Positions 1-18,101 of a stretch of 64,000 nucleotides of DNA are shown one piece after another. Numbering within the stretch: position 1 is the first letter of the stretch; every line of letters begins with the position of its first letter. Below the pieces are notes generated by a model. That model was given only the letters and a program-made list of their open reading frames with translations, was not told where the DNA came from and searched no databases. The DNA is from the human T2T-CHM13v2.0 reference genome, Homo sapiens: NCBI RefSeq assembly GCF_009914755.1, contig NC_060944.1; one strand, 5' to 3'. Both the position numbers and the translations under genes were made by a program.

Positions 1-53
1 CACCCCTCCCTGTTGTCTCCCTGACCTGGAGGCTGAACATCAGCTGCTCTTTA

Positions 54-413
<360 letters not shown>

Positions 414-844
414 GTGGGAAACTGAACATAAACAGTTTGCAGAAAGCAGTATTCAGCACAGCCCACTTCTCTTGTATTTATTACCTGCATGGCTTCGGTG
501 TCATTTGAGTTTGGAGAGCCTAGTAGGGTCCTTTTAAATGGAGGTGGCATCTCACTGGGAGTGACCCAGAGAAGCGACTTACTAGACTTCCTTAGCTTCT
601 GTCATGAGACAGAGTCTGTGGATTGTTTTTCTCACAATTTTCAAATGGGGAGTCAGAAGCACAGAGATGGTGAGAGGTGCAGTTGAGACCACACAGCATA
701 AAATGCAAGGCTGGGACTAAGGCGCCGCCCAGGCTGCTGTTCTCAGGCCACAGCTCTTCCAGGCAGTACACGTCCTCCCCTTCCCTTCTCTCTCTTTCTC
801 CCTTTCATCTTCCTTTCTTTTCTGCAGTGAATATTCATGAGCAC

Positions 845-1099
845 TGTATTGATTACCAATCACTGGATAGCAAACTATCCCAAACCTTAGCAACTTCAAG
901 CATCTGCCATTTCATAGGGTTCATGCATGAACTGCATTCAGCTGGAGGATTGGCCACCCTGGCAGTCCAGTATGGCCTTGCCCATGTGTCTAGCAGTTGG
1001 TGCTGGCTATTGGCTGGGACATCTCAGTTCTCCTCCATGTGGCCTCTCAACCTCTAGAGCCTCGCTCACTGGCCTCTACAGAAGAGTTGCCTGGACTTC
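845..1099 (-). mobile_element. MaLR MLT1-type LTR, left part (continues at 4608)
   Basis: gttggtgctggctattggctgggacatctcagttctcctccatgtggcctctc is typical of MLT1 LTRs. Confidence 0.65.
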
Positions 1100-1606
<507 letters not shown>

Positions 1607-1618
1607 TAAGTTACGTTA

Positions 1619-1934
<316 letters not shown>

Positions 1935-2221
1935 TAATTTTAATAGGTTTTTGGGGAACAGGTGGTGTTTGGTTACATGAATAAGTTCTTTAGTGAGTGG
2001 TGATTTCTGAGATTTTGCCGCAGCACTCATCACCTAAATAGAGTACATGGCACCCAATGTGCAGTCTTTTACCCCTCACCTACCTCCCACCCTTTCCCCT
2101 AAGTCCCCAAAGTCCATTGTATTATTTTTATGCCTTTGCGTCCTCATAGCTTAGCTCTCACTTACGAGTGAGAACATACGATGTTTGGTTTTCCATTTCT
2201 GAGTTACTTCGCTTAGAGTAA

Positions 2222-2742
<521 letters not shown>

Positions 2743-3619
2743 TCATATAATGACTTCAAGATACCCAGGAGTGGGATTGCTGGATCAAATGGTAGATCTA
2801 CTTTTAGTTCTTTAAGGAATCTCCACACTGTTTTCCGTAGTGATTGTACTAGTTTACATCCCCACTAACAGCCTAAAAGTGTTTACATTCCCACTAACAG
2901 TGTAAAAGTGTTCCTTTTCATCACATCCATGCCAACATCTGTTATTTTTTGATTTTTTGATTATAGCCATTCTTGCAGGAGTAAGGTGGTATCGCATTGT
3001 GGTTTGGATTTGCATTTCCTTGATCATTAGTGATGTTGATCAGTTTTTCATATGTTTGTTGGCCACTTGTATATCTTGTTTTGAGAACTGTCTATTCATG
3101 TCCTTTGCTCACTTTTTGATGGGATTTTTTTTTTCTTGCTTAGTATTCTGGATATTAATCCCTTGTCAGATGCATAGATTGTGAAGATTTTCTCCCACTC
3201 TGTGGGTTGTCTGTTTACTCTGCTGATTATTTCTTTTGCTGTGCAGAAGCTTTTTAGTTTAAGTCCCACCTATTTATCTTTGTTTTTATTGCATTTGCTT
3301 TTGGGTTCTTGGTCATAAAGTCTTTGCCTAAGCCAATCTCTAGAAGCGTTTTTCCAATGTTATCTTCTAGAATTTTTATGGTTTCAGGTCTTAGATTTAA
3401 GTGTTTGATGCATCTTGAGTTGATTTTTGTATAAGGTGAGAGATGAGGATCCAGTTTCATTCTTCTACATGTGGCTAGCCAATTATCCCAGCAGCATTTG
3501 TTGAATAGGGTGTCCTTTCTCCACTTCTGGTTTTTGTTTACTTTGTCAAAGATCAGTTGGCTGTAAGTATTTGGGTTTATTTCTGGGTCTCTGTTCTGTT
3601 CCATTGGTCTATGTGCCTA

Positions 3620-3934
<315 letters not shown>

Positions 3935-4607
3935 TAGTATATTTTGAAATCAGGTAATGTGATGCCTCCAGATTTGTTCTTTTTGCTTAGTTTTGCTTTG
4001 GCTGTGAGGGCTCTTTTTTGGTTCCATATGAATTTTAGGATTTTTTTTTCTAGTTCCATGAAGAACGATGGTGGTATTTTGATGGGAATTACATTGAATT
4101 TGTAGATTGCTTTTGGCAGTATGGTCATTTTCACAATATTGATTCTACCCATCCATGAGCATGGGATATGTTTCCATTTGTTTGTGTCGTCAGTGGTTTG
4201 TTTCATCAGTGTTTTGTAGTTTTCTTTGTAGAAGTCTTTCACCTCCTGGGTTAGGTATATTCCTAAATATTTTATTTTTTGCAGCTGTTGCAAAAGAAGT
4301 TGAGTTCTTGATTTGATTCTCAGCTTGGTTGCAGTTGGTGTATAGCAGTCTACTGATTTGTGTACATTGGTTTTTATATCCTGAAACTTTGCTGAATTCA
4401 TTTACCAGTTGTAGGAGCTTTTTGGAGGAGTCTGTAGGGTTTTCTAGGTATACGATCATGTCATCAGCAAACAGCAAATTTTACTTCCCCTTTACTGGTT
4501 TGGATGCCCTTTATTTCTTTCTCTTGTCTGATTGCTCTGGCTAGGACCTCTAAGTTATTTTAAAATGTACAATTAAGTTATTATTGAATCTAGTTGCCCT
4601 GTGATAC

Positions 4608-4830
4608 TGCCTGAACTTCCTTATGTGGCTTCTGGCTTCCCGGAGGGTGAATCAGAAGCTTTGAGGTCTCTCGAGGCCTAGACCTGGGAGTCACAGAGCC
4701 TTGCTCCCATCACATCCTATTGGTCTAAGCAAGTCACAGGCCAGCCTAGATTCGGGAGTGGGAAGAATTGGATCCCACCTCTTCACCGGAGTTGCTGCAA
4801 GGTCCTTTTGCAAAAGCATTTGTGGGATGA
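4608..4830 (-). mobile_element. MaLR MLT1-type LTR, right part
   Basis: cacatcctattggtctaagcaagtcacaggccagcctagattc; shares TSD tgcctg(g/a)acttc with 1088-1099. Confidence 0.65.
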
Positions 4831-4864
4831 GAGGGAGTTGGAAGGCCAACTTTGAAACACAAGT

Positions 4865-5600
4865 ACCTATTAGTTGCCAGACTTTGTTCTAGGCTCTGGG
4901 AATTGAAAGACAAATAAAAGAGACAAAAACCTGTGTCCTCCGGAGGTTTCATTCTGGTGGGGAAGATGACAGGAAACAAGTTGAGAAAAATAGTATGTTA
5001 TTTTTTTTGTGTTTTTTTTTTTTTTTTGAGACGGAGTCGTCTCGCTCTGTCGCCCAGGCTGGAGTGCAGTGGCGCGATCTCGGCTCACTGCAAGCTCCGC
5101 TTCCTGGGTTCACGCCGTTTTCCTGGCGCAGCCTCCCGAGTAGCTGGGACTACAGCCGCCCGCAACAACGCCCGGCTAATTTTTTGTATTTTTAGTAGAG
5201 ACGGGGTTTCACCATGTTGGCCAGGATGGTCTCGATCTCCTGACTTTGTGATCTGTCCGCCTCGGCCCCTCAAAGTGCTGGGATTACAGGTGTGAGCCAC
5301 CATGCCCGGCCATGAAAAAAATAGTTATGTTAGATGGTGATAAATGCTAAAGGGAAAAGTAAATTGGGGCAGGAGGACCGGGAGTAGGGGAGCTATAGGG
5401 TCAGGGAAAGCCTCACCTGGAAGAAATATTTGAGCAAAAGCTAGAAGGAAGTGAGAGACAACTTTCACCAGTAAAGGGAACAGCAGGTGCAAAGGCCCTG
5501 CGGTGAGGCTGTGGGTGGGGACGAGCAACAGGCAGTGAGATCAGGGGGAGGTGGAGGCTCCAGATGGAGTAGGGCTGGGGAGGCCCCCATTAGGTGTTTT
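4865..5600 (-). mobile_element. L2 fragment interrupted by an Alu (further L2 at about 7765-8075)
   Basis: ttgccagactttgttctaggctctggga...; gggaacagcaggtgcaaaggccctg. Confidence 0.55.
5001..5311 (-). mobile_element. Alu (AluY-type)
   Basis: gcaagctccgc diagnostic, TSD gaaaaaatagt-atgtta. Confidence 0.92.
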
Positions 5601-5630
5601 CTGAGCAGGTAGAAGATGAGGGAGGACTCA

Positions 5631-5831
<201 letters not shown>

Positions 5832-6054
5832 TTAAAGTATATAGTTTGTTGGCTTTTAGTATATTTACTGTGTTGTGCAGACATCACCGTGACCTAATTG
5901 CAGAACATTTCTATGACCCAAAAAAGAAACCCCATCACCATTAGCAGTTATTCCCTCCTCTCCCTGCCACTCCATGCAGAGGGGCAATCACGAATCTATT
6001 TCTTTCTGTCTCTGTGGATTTGCCGATCTCTGGACGTTTCCTCCCTCCCTTCCT

Positions 6055-6344
<290 letters not shown>

Positions 6345-6479
6345 TGGACATTTCTTGTAAGTGGAATCATGTCATGCGTGACCTTTTGTGCCTGGCTTCT
6401 CTCACTTAGCATCATGTTTTCAAGGATCATCCATGTTGTAGTGTGTGCTGGTGCTCCATTACTTTTTATGGACAAATGA

Positions 6480-6855
<376 letters not shown>

Positions 6856-7160
6856 TTTTTTTTTTTTTTTTAAATTGAGATAGAGTCTTGCTCTCTCGCC
6901 CAGGCTGGAGTGCAGTGGAGCGATCTTAGCTCACTGCAAACTCCACCTCCTGGATTCCCCAAGCAATTCTCGTGCCTCAGCCACCCAAGTAGCTGAGACT
7001 ACAGGCTTGTGCCACTACGTCCAGCTCATTTTTGTAGTTTTAGTAGAGAGGGGGTTTCACCATCTTGGCCAGGCTGGTCTCGAACTCCTGACCTCAAGTG
7101 ACCTGCCTGCCTCGGCCTCCCAAAGTGTTGGGATTACAGGCGTGAGCCACCACACCCAGG
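6856..7160 (-). mobile_element. Alu (AluS-type), tandem with the previous Alu
   Basis: Full dimer. Confidence 0.9.
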
Positions 7161-7221
7161 CTTTTCAACTTTTTGACTGTAATGAATATTGTGCAAGTTT
7201 TTGTGAGAGCATATTTTTCAT

Positions 7222-7539
7222 TTCTTTTTTATTTATTTTTATTTTTTATTTTTTTGAGACAGGGTCTTGCTTTGTCATCCAGGCTGGAGTGCAGTGGCGC
7301 CATGATGGCTCACAGCAGCCTTGATCTTCTGGGCTCAAGTGCTTTTCCCACCCCAGCCTCCTAAGTAGCTGGGAATACAGGCACATGCCACCATGTCCGG
7401 CTAATTTTTGTATTTTTTTTTGTAGAGACGGTGTCTCACTATGTTGCCCAGGATGGCCTTGAACTCCTGGGCTTAAGTGATCTGCCTGCCTCAGCCTCCC
7501 AAAGTGCTGGGACTAAATGTGTGCGCCACTGTGCCTGGT
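7222..7539 (-). mobile_element. Alu (AluJ-type)
   Basis: Full dimer. Confidence 0.88.
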
Positions 7540-8721
7540 CTGTTTTCATTTCTTTCGGGTATATTGCTTGGCCATAAGTTGACTCTGTGTTCCTTTTGAG
7601 GAGATGCTGGACTGGTTTTCAGAGCAGCTGCACAATTGTACCCTTCCCACCAGCAGTGCGTGAGGCTTCCAATTCCTCCACATCCTCGCCAGCCCTCATC
7701 ATTTTCCATTTTTGTGATTGCAGCCATCCCTGTGAGTGCAAAGTGGTACAGTGGAGGATTTGGGGTGGGGAGAGCTTTTGTCTTAACAGGACTGCACAGA
7801 GTAGATTGAAGGGCAGTAAGAACAGGAAGCTGGGACCAGCGAGCAGGCTACTGCAAGAGTCCTAGCAAGAGACGACGGTGACTTGCGCCATGGTGCTTGG
7901 TTGTATGGGAGAGAGAGTGAAGTAGTTGGATTTGGGTAGAGACATTTTGAAGGTAGAAATGAGAAGATTTGCTGGCACATTGGATGGGGTGGAAGGTGGG
8001 AGAGAAGAGTCAAGGGTGCTCCGAAGTATTTGGCCTGAACGAGAGGATGATGGAGTTTCCATTTGTTGAATTAGAGAAGATCATGGGTGGAGGACCTTTT
8101 TTTTTTTTTTTTTTTTTTTTTGTGCCAGCCCCTTGGTGAGCAGGGCCAGCCCCTCTTCAATGTTTGGGCATTCCCAGCTGGGAAGCTTGCACTGCCACTT
8201 TGTGAGAAGCGGGGATGTGGGAAAAAAAAGTGAAAACCATGATTCGCAGGTGTTTGTTTAAAAAAAAAAAACCCACTCACCATCTCCACTGGTCCTTCCT
8301 TGAATGTCACTTAAAGTGAGCCTCTCGCCTCCTTCCCCTCTGAGTGGAGCAGTTTATGCCCAGGGGGTTGCGAAGAACAGCGAGGGCATTCATCTGCTCA
8401 CAGGCTGGTTAAAAAGGCACGTGGGCTGCAGCCTGCGGGACTCTCATTTCTGAGGCCACTTAGGGGATAATCTTGAGAGAAAATTGCCCATGGATGATTT
8501 GTGGGCATGGTGGGCTGGCTTATCCTGAGCGCCTTCCTGTTGGTCGGGAATGTCTTGGGCTTGTTTCTCCCTTTGCTGACCAGACAGTCAGCAAACTCTC
8601 GCTTTGATCCTTCCTGCTTTTGGGAACCTCCCTAGATACCAGGGGGTGAGGTGGGGGACTGACCATAGCTGACAAGCAGCAACAAAGGGGACACATTTCT
8701 AACTTCCCCCAAGAGCATCTT

Positions 8722-9004
8722 GTTTTTGTTTTGAGACAATCTCACTCTGTCACCCAGGAGGGCAGTGGTACATCACAGCTCACTGTAGCCTCAACCTCCT
8801 GGGCCCAAGTGACCCTCCCAACCTCAGCCTCTCAAGTAGCTGAGACCACACAGGTGTGCACCACCATGCCCAGTTAGTTTTCTTTTTATAGAGACAAACT
8901 TTCCCACTGTTGCCCAGGCTAAACTGGAACTCCTGGGCTCAAGCGATCCTCTGGCCTCAGCCTCCCAGCGTTGGGATTACAGGCATGAGCCGCTCTACCC
9001 AGCC
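8722..9004 (-). mobile_element. Alu (AluJ-type)
   Basis: Diverged dimer, TSD ccaa-ga(g/a)catcttgtt. Confidence 0.88.
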
Positions 9005-9029
9005 CCAAAGAACATCTTGTTACACATTC

Positions 9030-9205
9030 TAGCTCTGGAGTTAGAGTGCTCAGGGTCGAATTCTGGCTTCAATATTTATTAGCTGTGTGAGCTTGGGCAA
9101 GGGACTTAACCTCTCTGATCCTCTGTTTCTCAATCCGTAAAAAGAGGGAAATAGTAGCACCTACTGCATAGGGTTCTTGTGAGAAGTAAATGAGGTAATT
9201 CAAAT
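9030..9205 (+). mobile_element. MIR
   Basis: agctgtgtgagcttgggcaagggacttaacctctctgatcctctgtttctcaatccgtaaaa (MIR core). Confidence 0.7.
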
Positions 9206-9247
9206 ACAGTGACTAGCCCTTGTTTTTATTCTATGGCGAAAGAGATT

Positions 9248-9390
9248 GGGTGGGTGCAGTGGCTCATGCCTATAATATCAGCACTTTGGGAGGCTGAGGC
9301 AGGAGGATTGCATGAGGCCAGGAGCTTGAGACCAGCCTGGGCAACATAGTGAGACCCCTGTCTCTGCAAAAATTAAAATACAAAAAAAGA
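9248..9390 (+). mobile_element. Alu left monomer (FLAM-type)
   Basis: Single arm with A tail. Confidence 0.85.
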
Positions 9391-10447
9391 GAGAAAGCGA
9401 GCTATGGAATGCAACCCCTTATCACGCACCTATTGTGTGTCAGCACTCTGTTAAATCAGTTAGCCACATCTATGATGTCAGGTTAACCTCCTGACCATTC
9501 TGCCAAACGGGCCTGATGGTTCCTGTCACAGGGGATCCAGTGGCAGTGAAATGCAGAGGTTAAGCCATTGGGTTCCAGCTGCATGGCTGGCAGAGGGTAA
9601 GGTGAACCCAGAAGTGCCGTGACCACGCCGTGCCCTTCCTGAGCAGGCCAGGATGGGTTGCAATGCACTTCCTACAAGCACAGTGCTGCAGAAACATCTT
9701 GGGAAGGAGGCATCCCACCCCGCTGGGGCATGGGCTTCCGTGGCCTCCCATGCAGGTTGTGTGTTCTTAAGCATGTCTGGACCCGTGTCTGCGTTGTGTG
9801 CACCTGCACTCCCAGGATCTCTCCATCACCCGCTGTGCCCCACTCCTCTCTTTCTCTTTCTCTTTCTTTCCCCTGGACCAGAAAGAACAACCAATCTTCT
9901 CCTCTAACCACAGTGACCTCTTGGCTCCATCCTTTCTCCCTTAGTGCGATAATGACATTTTCTCATTGTAATTTAATTTTGGGGTTGGGTGGGGGAATGA
10001 TCTTTCTTTTTCCCCGTCTTCTCTCCCCTCTCCCCGACTGAGGCACAGAAATAGTCCCAGCTGTGAGATGAAGGTTGCAGAGTTTAAAATTGCAACTTGG
10101 TACTATTTATACTCCAGCCTGAAAGATGTTTTTTTGTGCAGTCGTTTATTTTGTTGTGGTGGAGATGGCTCATGCTGGAAGCAGCAGGAACTGGTGCTGT
10201 ATAAACAGTTCTCTGGGGACAAGTGGGTGGTGAGGGAGCCTTCAGGTGCAGGGGGCAGGGACTAGGCCTGCCCAGAAACTCTGAGCACGCCTCCCTGGAG
10301 CAGGACGGTGTGGCCTGGTAGGGAAAGCAGATCATGTGCTTGGCGAACTTTCTTCCTGAATGCTGGCCATTACAAAAATAACAACAGAAACTGGTATTTT
10401 AGAAGTCATAAAAGTAGTAGATAACTTGAGGGGGAAAAAAAACCTAA

Positions 10448-10754
<307 letters not shown>

Positions 10755-10861
10755 TAATTATTTCCCTAATTTTTACACAAGTGCATGAAGCAGTTGTACA
10801 CTGGCAGGCCCTCTGCACGTTCGTTATTGGCTTAATTTGTGAAGCATTAAAGGGTTTTTTA

Positions 10862-10975
10862 AATGTGTTCCAATGTTTAAACATTGGGGCATTTCCTATC
10901 AAATTAGGATTTCTGGCTTCTCTTGGAAAATGGAAAGATCTGGCAGCTCCGGGCCTGCATTTCCTGATGGCAGCT
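10862..10975. mobile_element. MER103C-like DNA transposon fragment (similar copies at about 15270-15460, 19170-19320 inverted, and 25290-25390)
   Basis: Shared motif ggatttctggcttctcttggaaaatggaaagatctggcagctccgggcc. Confidence 0.5.
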
Positions 10976-11089
10976 AGTGGCCAGCAGCTGGAGGACTGGA
11001 TGAGCACCTCTCAGATCACAAGCCTGATGGCCTGTTTCACTCATTTATGTTAATGTCCAGCCTGATGACTGGGTTTTATTTCTTCTTCT

Positions 11090-11658
<569 letters not shown>

Positions 11659-11753
11659 CATGGACCCTTTACATAACATAAAAAATTCAAGTTTCCCTTG
11701 TCAGAGTCCCTTTCCCAACTCCTCCTGCCCAGGGCTAAGTAAGCCCTGTTAAT

Positions 11754-12136
<383 letters not shown>

Positions 12137-12224
12137 CACATTTTTTTTGGTATGGTTTGTATCTGACACCGTCTGCAGCTTGCTTTTCCTCTCCGGGGTA
12201 TCACCGGGGCCACTGTGTTTATTA

Positions 12225-12365
12225 GAGCAGGCTGTGAGGTTGTGGACTCCATCTGGATTAGGATCCTTGCCCCGCTGTTTGTTAACTGTGTGATCTTGAG
12301 CAGGTTACCCCACCTCTCTGAGCCTCCGTGTCCTCATCTGTACAACGTGGAGGATACGGGTAGCT
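12225..12365 (+). mobile_element. MIR
   Basis: aactgtgtgatcttgagcaggttaccccacctctctgagcctccgtgtcctcatctgta. Confidence 0.65.
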
Positions 12366-12632
12366 TTGTTATTTCCTGTATTTGTTGATCTTGTCTCTTT
12401 TGAAAGCTGCATAGAATGGAGAGGCCGTGGTGGCTTTAACCAGTCCTCCGTGATGGGCGCCAGGACTGCTGCCTGTTTATTGCTCTTTCAAAGGAGGCAG
12501 TGGAAGGGGGTCGAGCAGGAACCGGGCACATAATCCTAAGACTTAGTTTGCTTTAAAAAAAAAAAAAAAATGAAGGGTGTTTGTCTCCCTGGAAACCACT
12601 TGCTAATCTCCAGGATATCGTCTCTTTTTCAG

Positions 12633-12704
12633 GCGAAGGAGGTGGAGGAGACCATCGAGGGCATGCTCCTCAGGCTGGAAGAGTTTTGCAGCCTGGCTGA
12701 CCTG
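12633..12704 (+). CDS. BCAS4: BCAS4 internal coding exon (probable exon 2), 72 nt, AKEVEETIEGMLLRLEEFCSLADL
   Basis: Acceptor tctctttttcAG (12631-32), branch-point-like tgctaat at 12601-07, donor CTG|gtgagt at 12705; phase 0/0; peptide recognised as BCAS4 (cappuccino/BLOC1S4-like) and in frame with the next two exons. Confidence 0.95.
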
Positions 12705-12859
12705 GTGAGTGGCTGCCTGGAAGGCGTGGGTTTAGGCCCAGGCCAGACTTCAGGCCCTTGCTGGAGTTTTCTGCGGAAGCCATTTTGGTGGTGAGTTAGC
12801 AACCAGGAGGAATGGGGCAGCGGCCAGCGCTGAGAGGAAAGCCACGTGCAAACACTCCC

Positions 12860-12890
12860 TCCTCTCTCTCTCTCTCGCTCTCTCTCTCTC
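12860..12890. repeat. (CT)n microsatellite
   Basis: Direct reading. Confidence 0.85.
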
Positions 12891-13322
12891 ACTCAACCCC
12901 AAGTGCTTCCTGAGGCGGCCATCTTGATCTCGTCCTTCCCTCGAGATGGTTTTTATTCCGCAGAGGAGCCAGGAGTGGACCACAAGGTGGCACTCTCGGG
13001 CACCGATGCAGGGAGCCGTTCAGCGGGGACGCTAGACTATATTTAACTTTCCTCAGCTCTGCACCGTCCCCTGTGCAAACATGGAGACAGCCAGGAAATG
13101 GCTTCAGGCCTGCGAGGCCTAGGAGGAGCCTCTTGCCCAGGCCACAGCCCGTGGTGGAGTTGGGCATCGAGTTCCTTCCTGAATCCTTCTGTTCTCTCTG
13201 CTTTTACCTCCTACTCTGTCTGGTTGGCCCAAATCTACTAGCCTGGCTGAGGAGGAAGATGGAAGACAATGGCCCAGAAGACAAAGCCTCCCACGCCAGA
13301 GTCTCTAGAAATCGCCTCTAGA

Positions 13323-13651
<329 letters not shown>

Positions 13652-14127
13652 CTAGGATTGCTGCCAGCCAGGTGTGGAGCCCCCAGGAGTGCTGATAGAA
13701 TTTTCTAGAAGCTCCCAAGCTTATTAGAGGCAAACCAGTAACCTGGGCTTGAGGTGTCTGCCTGGAGGCCCAAAGGGTAGAGCTCCATATTGTGACCAGG
13801 CCCTGTGTCTCCCCAGAGTGGAGGAAGCCTGGCCACCTGGGCCCAGTGGTGTGCGTTTATGTCCCTGAGAAGCACCGTGTCCGGACCCTGAGAGTGTTTG
13901 TGAGAACCCAAGGGAGTAACAGTAACAGCAGCCCCAGATGTTCATTGAACGCCTTTCTTTGTGCCCGGCACAAAGCCACCCTAGACAGCAGGCACTGAGT
14001 CATCCCTACCTATTCAGCGGACCTCGGCCCAGCCTCTAGGGTCACAGCAGAAATCCCAAGAGGACCTATATGGTTTCTTCTCTTGAGTCAATTTTTACGT
14101 TCAGATGTGGGTCCAGGTGGGAGCTAG

Positions 14128-14568
<441 letters not shown>

Positions 14569-16404
14569 GCATTGGGCACTTTCTCATGAATGGGCCCCGT
14601 CATAAACTTGAGTATGCAAAGAGAGTTCAGTCCATCTCCATTCCCATCAAGCCCCAGTGTATGTGGGGAGACTGATTTGGGTATCAGTTGGTGCCGTCCC
14701 ATGCTACAGTGCTGTTGTCAAGGTAAGGTCAAGGTGTGAAGGGATTCCAGAGCCAGGGGTGCTAAGTCCTGCCTAGGAAATTGGGAAGGCTTCGTATAAC
14801 AGGTGGTGATGAATCTGGGGCTGTAAGGAGAAATAGAGAATTCAACAGATGGGGAAGGAGTGCATTCAGGCAGAGGGACCAGCCTGTGCAAAGGCGGGGA
14901 GGCCAGGGATGTGGTATGGCTGGGCACTGGGTGAAGGATCGTGGTTGCGGGCAGGGAAGGCAGGTCGGGAGGATGGTGTGGATGGATGCTCCAGGGACAC
15001 CTTTGTTTTCAAATCCCATCCCGTCATCCACATGGGCATTCTGCGCAAGGAGACCCAGCATCAGCCTGAAGAGGGCTGGGGGCAGAAGTCCATGTGGACA
15101 GGCGGAGAGACCCATGTGGCCCAGCCCTGAAAAACCATCACAGCTTCCTGTGGTGGGAAGTGTGTGTGTCTGTGTTGCCAGGAGACTCAAGATTGCAGGC
15201 AGCATCAGGCAGGTCCTCCTAACTCGAAGCCTGGAGATGCTTCATGGAAAGATTTAATCCTGAGGCCACACACAGATGACCCACAGGTCCAATCCTGCCT
15301 GCAGATAATTTGATGTTTCTGGGGGGGAAAAAAGCAGGCATTAGCTTGTGACATTTTTAGAATTTCATGTGAAAAATCTAGAGTTCCGGCTTCTCTCAGA
15401 AAAGCAAAGATCTGGCCCTCCTGGGGTACTCATTCCTACCTTGCAAGCATCGGCCGCCATGTCACGTGGCAAGCAAGCGACCACCTGCTGTGGGCAGCAA
15501 GCGTGCTTTCCAGCTTGATACAGTGCTGGCTGCTCCCGGGGAGCCTTCCTGACTCCACAGCCGCCACGTGCTTGTGTATTTTTGATAGATGATGTTTCTC
15601 TGTTCTTTTGACCCTACTGAAAGTGGGAAAGTAAAGCCAGACCAAGAGGATCCCATGTTCCAAGAAATGGAAGAGAACATGCATCCTTTTGGAAGCAAAG
15701 ACTCTTCCCATGTGTCTGTGTTGACAGAATGTGCCCAGCCAGTTCTGCAAATATGTGACGCTTGTGGGACCCCTGGGGGTGTTTGAGCTTACAGCCCCTG
15801 CATGGGCACGCTGTGCCAATGCCATTTATATTCTAGAAATCCTCTTGGCCCCTAGAGGTTCATGCTTGGCTTACCTGGTATGTCTGCTGTGTGCTGTGGG
15901 GCTACATGACTACAGAGAGAGGTGTCCGGTGATCAGCCCTAGCTTGGGGCCTCTTTTTTCTCTTTAAGAGCTGCTTTGAAATCCAAGTTAGGGATGAGTA
16001 GGGTCCTCTAGGAGCAGGTGATGTCACACCACGGACCACTGTCCCCCCAGGTCCCTGCCTCGGTCTTCAGAAACACTGTTTGATCAATTTACAGGTCCGA
16101 GAGAAGGCAGGCCCTGGGCTGCACGGTTTAGAGAGAAGCCACTTCCTTTCAGATAAAATTAGGCTGTTAGAAATCAAAGTCCAGCTTCCCGTCTGCTCTA
16201 TTAGTTCTTCCATTAGCCTGTCTTGATCACTCTCTGTCACTGAAATTCACCCCTCTGTTCTGGGACCTCTTTTAACATTTGATATAATGCCAATTGTTGG
16301 CACTTCACTTTCTGATTCCTTCTACTGTGGGGCCATGGACATGTCACGTTACCTCTCAGAACATTTATTTTTTCCTCCGTAAAATGAAAATAATGGTTCT
16401 GATT

Positions 16405-16850
16405 ATCTATTGCTGTGTCAAACTACCCGAAAATTTGGTGATGTAAAACAACCACCCATTTATTTTGTGGGCTAGAGCAGGGCACAGAGGACTCAGCTCA
16501 TTTGAGTCGAAGCTGGCTCCTTCATCACTTGTCTGGTACCTGGGCTGGGCTGGTTGGGGCTGGTTGGGGCTGGTTGGTGTAACTTGCCCCGTGCACGCTC
16601 TCCACGTGGCTGGCGTGGGCTTCCTCGTAGCATGGCTGTTTGACCTCCCCAGAGCAAGCAGTCCAGTGGGCAGGAAGGAAGCTGCCACATGTCTTGAGGC
16701 CTAAGTATGGAAACTGACACAGTGTCACTTCTGTTGTAGTTTATTGGTCAAAGCAGTTACACAGCCCAGCCAGAATCAGGGGAGAGAAACTGTATTCTAC
16801 CCCTTCATGGAAGGAATTAAGGAGTTTGTAGCTGTCCTTAATCCACTACA
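16405..16850 (-). mobile_element. MaLR MLT1-type LTR
   Basis: ctattgctgtgtcaaactaccc...; gtgtcacttctgttgtagtttattggtcaaagcagttacacagcccagcccag-like segment. Confidence 0.65.
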
Positions 16851-17057
16851 AATAGTTTCCATCTCCAAAGAGTTACTGTAAGGAATAGATGAGGCAGAGA
16901 TGTGTGCTTTACACCCACTAGAATGGCTAGATCTTAAAAACCACCAAAATACCAAGTGTTGGCAAGGATGTAGAGCAACGAAGCTCTCATACATTGCTGG
17001 TAGAAATGCAAAAAAAACTACAGCCACTTTGGAAAACAGCTTGGCAGTTTCTTACAG

Positions 17058-17349
17058 GTTTTTTTTTTTTTTTTGGAGACACAGTCTCACTCTGTTGCCC
17101 AGGCTGTAGTGCAGTGGCGCTATCTCAGCTCATTGCAACCTCTGCCTCCTGGGTTCAAGCGATTCTCGTGCCCCAGCAGCTGGGATTACAGGTGCCCACC
17201 ACCACGCCTGGCTAATTTTTGTATTTTTAGTAGAGATGGGGTTTCACCATGTTGGCCAGGCTGGTCTCGAACTCCTGACCTCAAGTGATCCACCCGCCTC
17301 AGCCATCCAAAGTGCTGGGGATTACAGGCGTGAGCCACTGCACCCAGCC
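17058..17349 (-). mobile_element. Alu (AluS-type)
   Basis: Full dimer. Confidence 0.92.
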
Positions 17350-17466
17350 TCTTACAAAGTTGAACATGTGCTTAACCCACATCCCAGCAATTCTAGTCCT
17401 TGTCATTACCGATAAGGAATGAAAACAAGTGCCCAAACCACACAAAAATTCACACACAAATGTTCA

Positions 17467-17826
<360 letters not shown>

Positions 17827-17960
17827 TCAGCAGTAGAATGAGTAAAGCAATTATTGATTTATGCATATATTGGAATACTACACAGCAATGAAAAAGAATC
17901 GACTGCTATACACAGCAACATAGATGATCTCACACATATGATATTGAACGAAAGAAGTCA

Positions 17961-18101
<141 letters not shown>

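Noticed and set aside
8097-8121. Isolated poly(T) run as a possible solo poly(A) insertion
   Set aside because: No TSD visible
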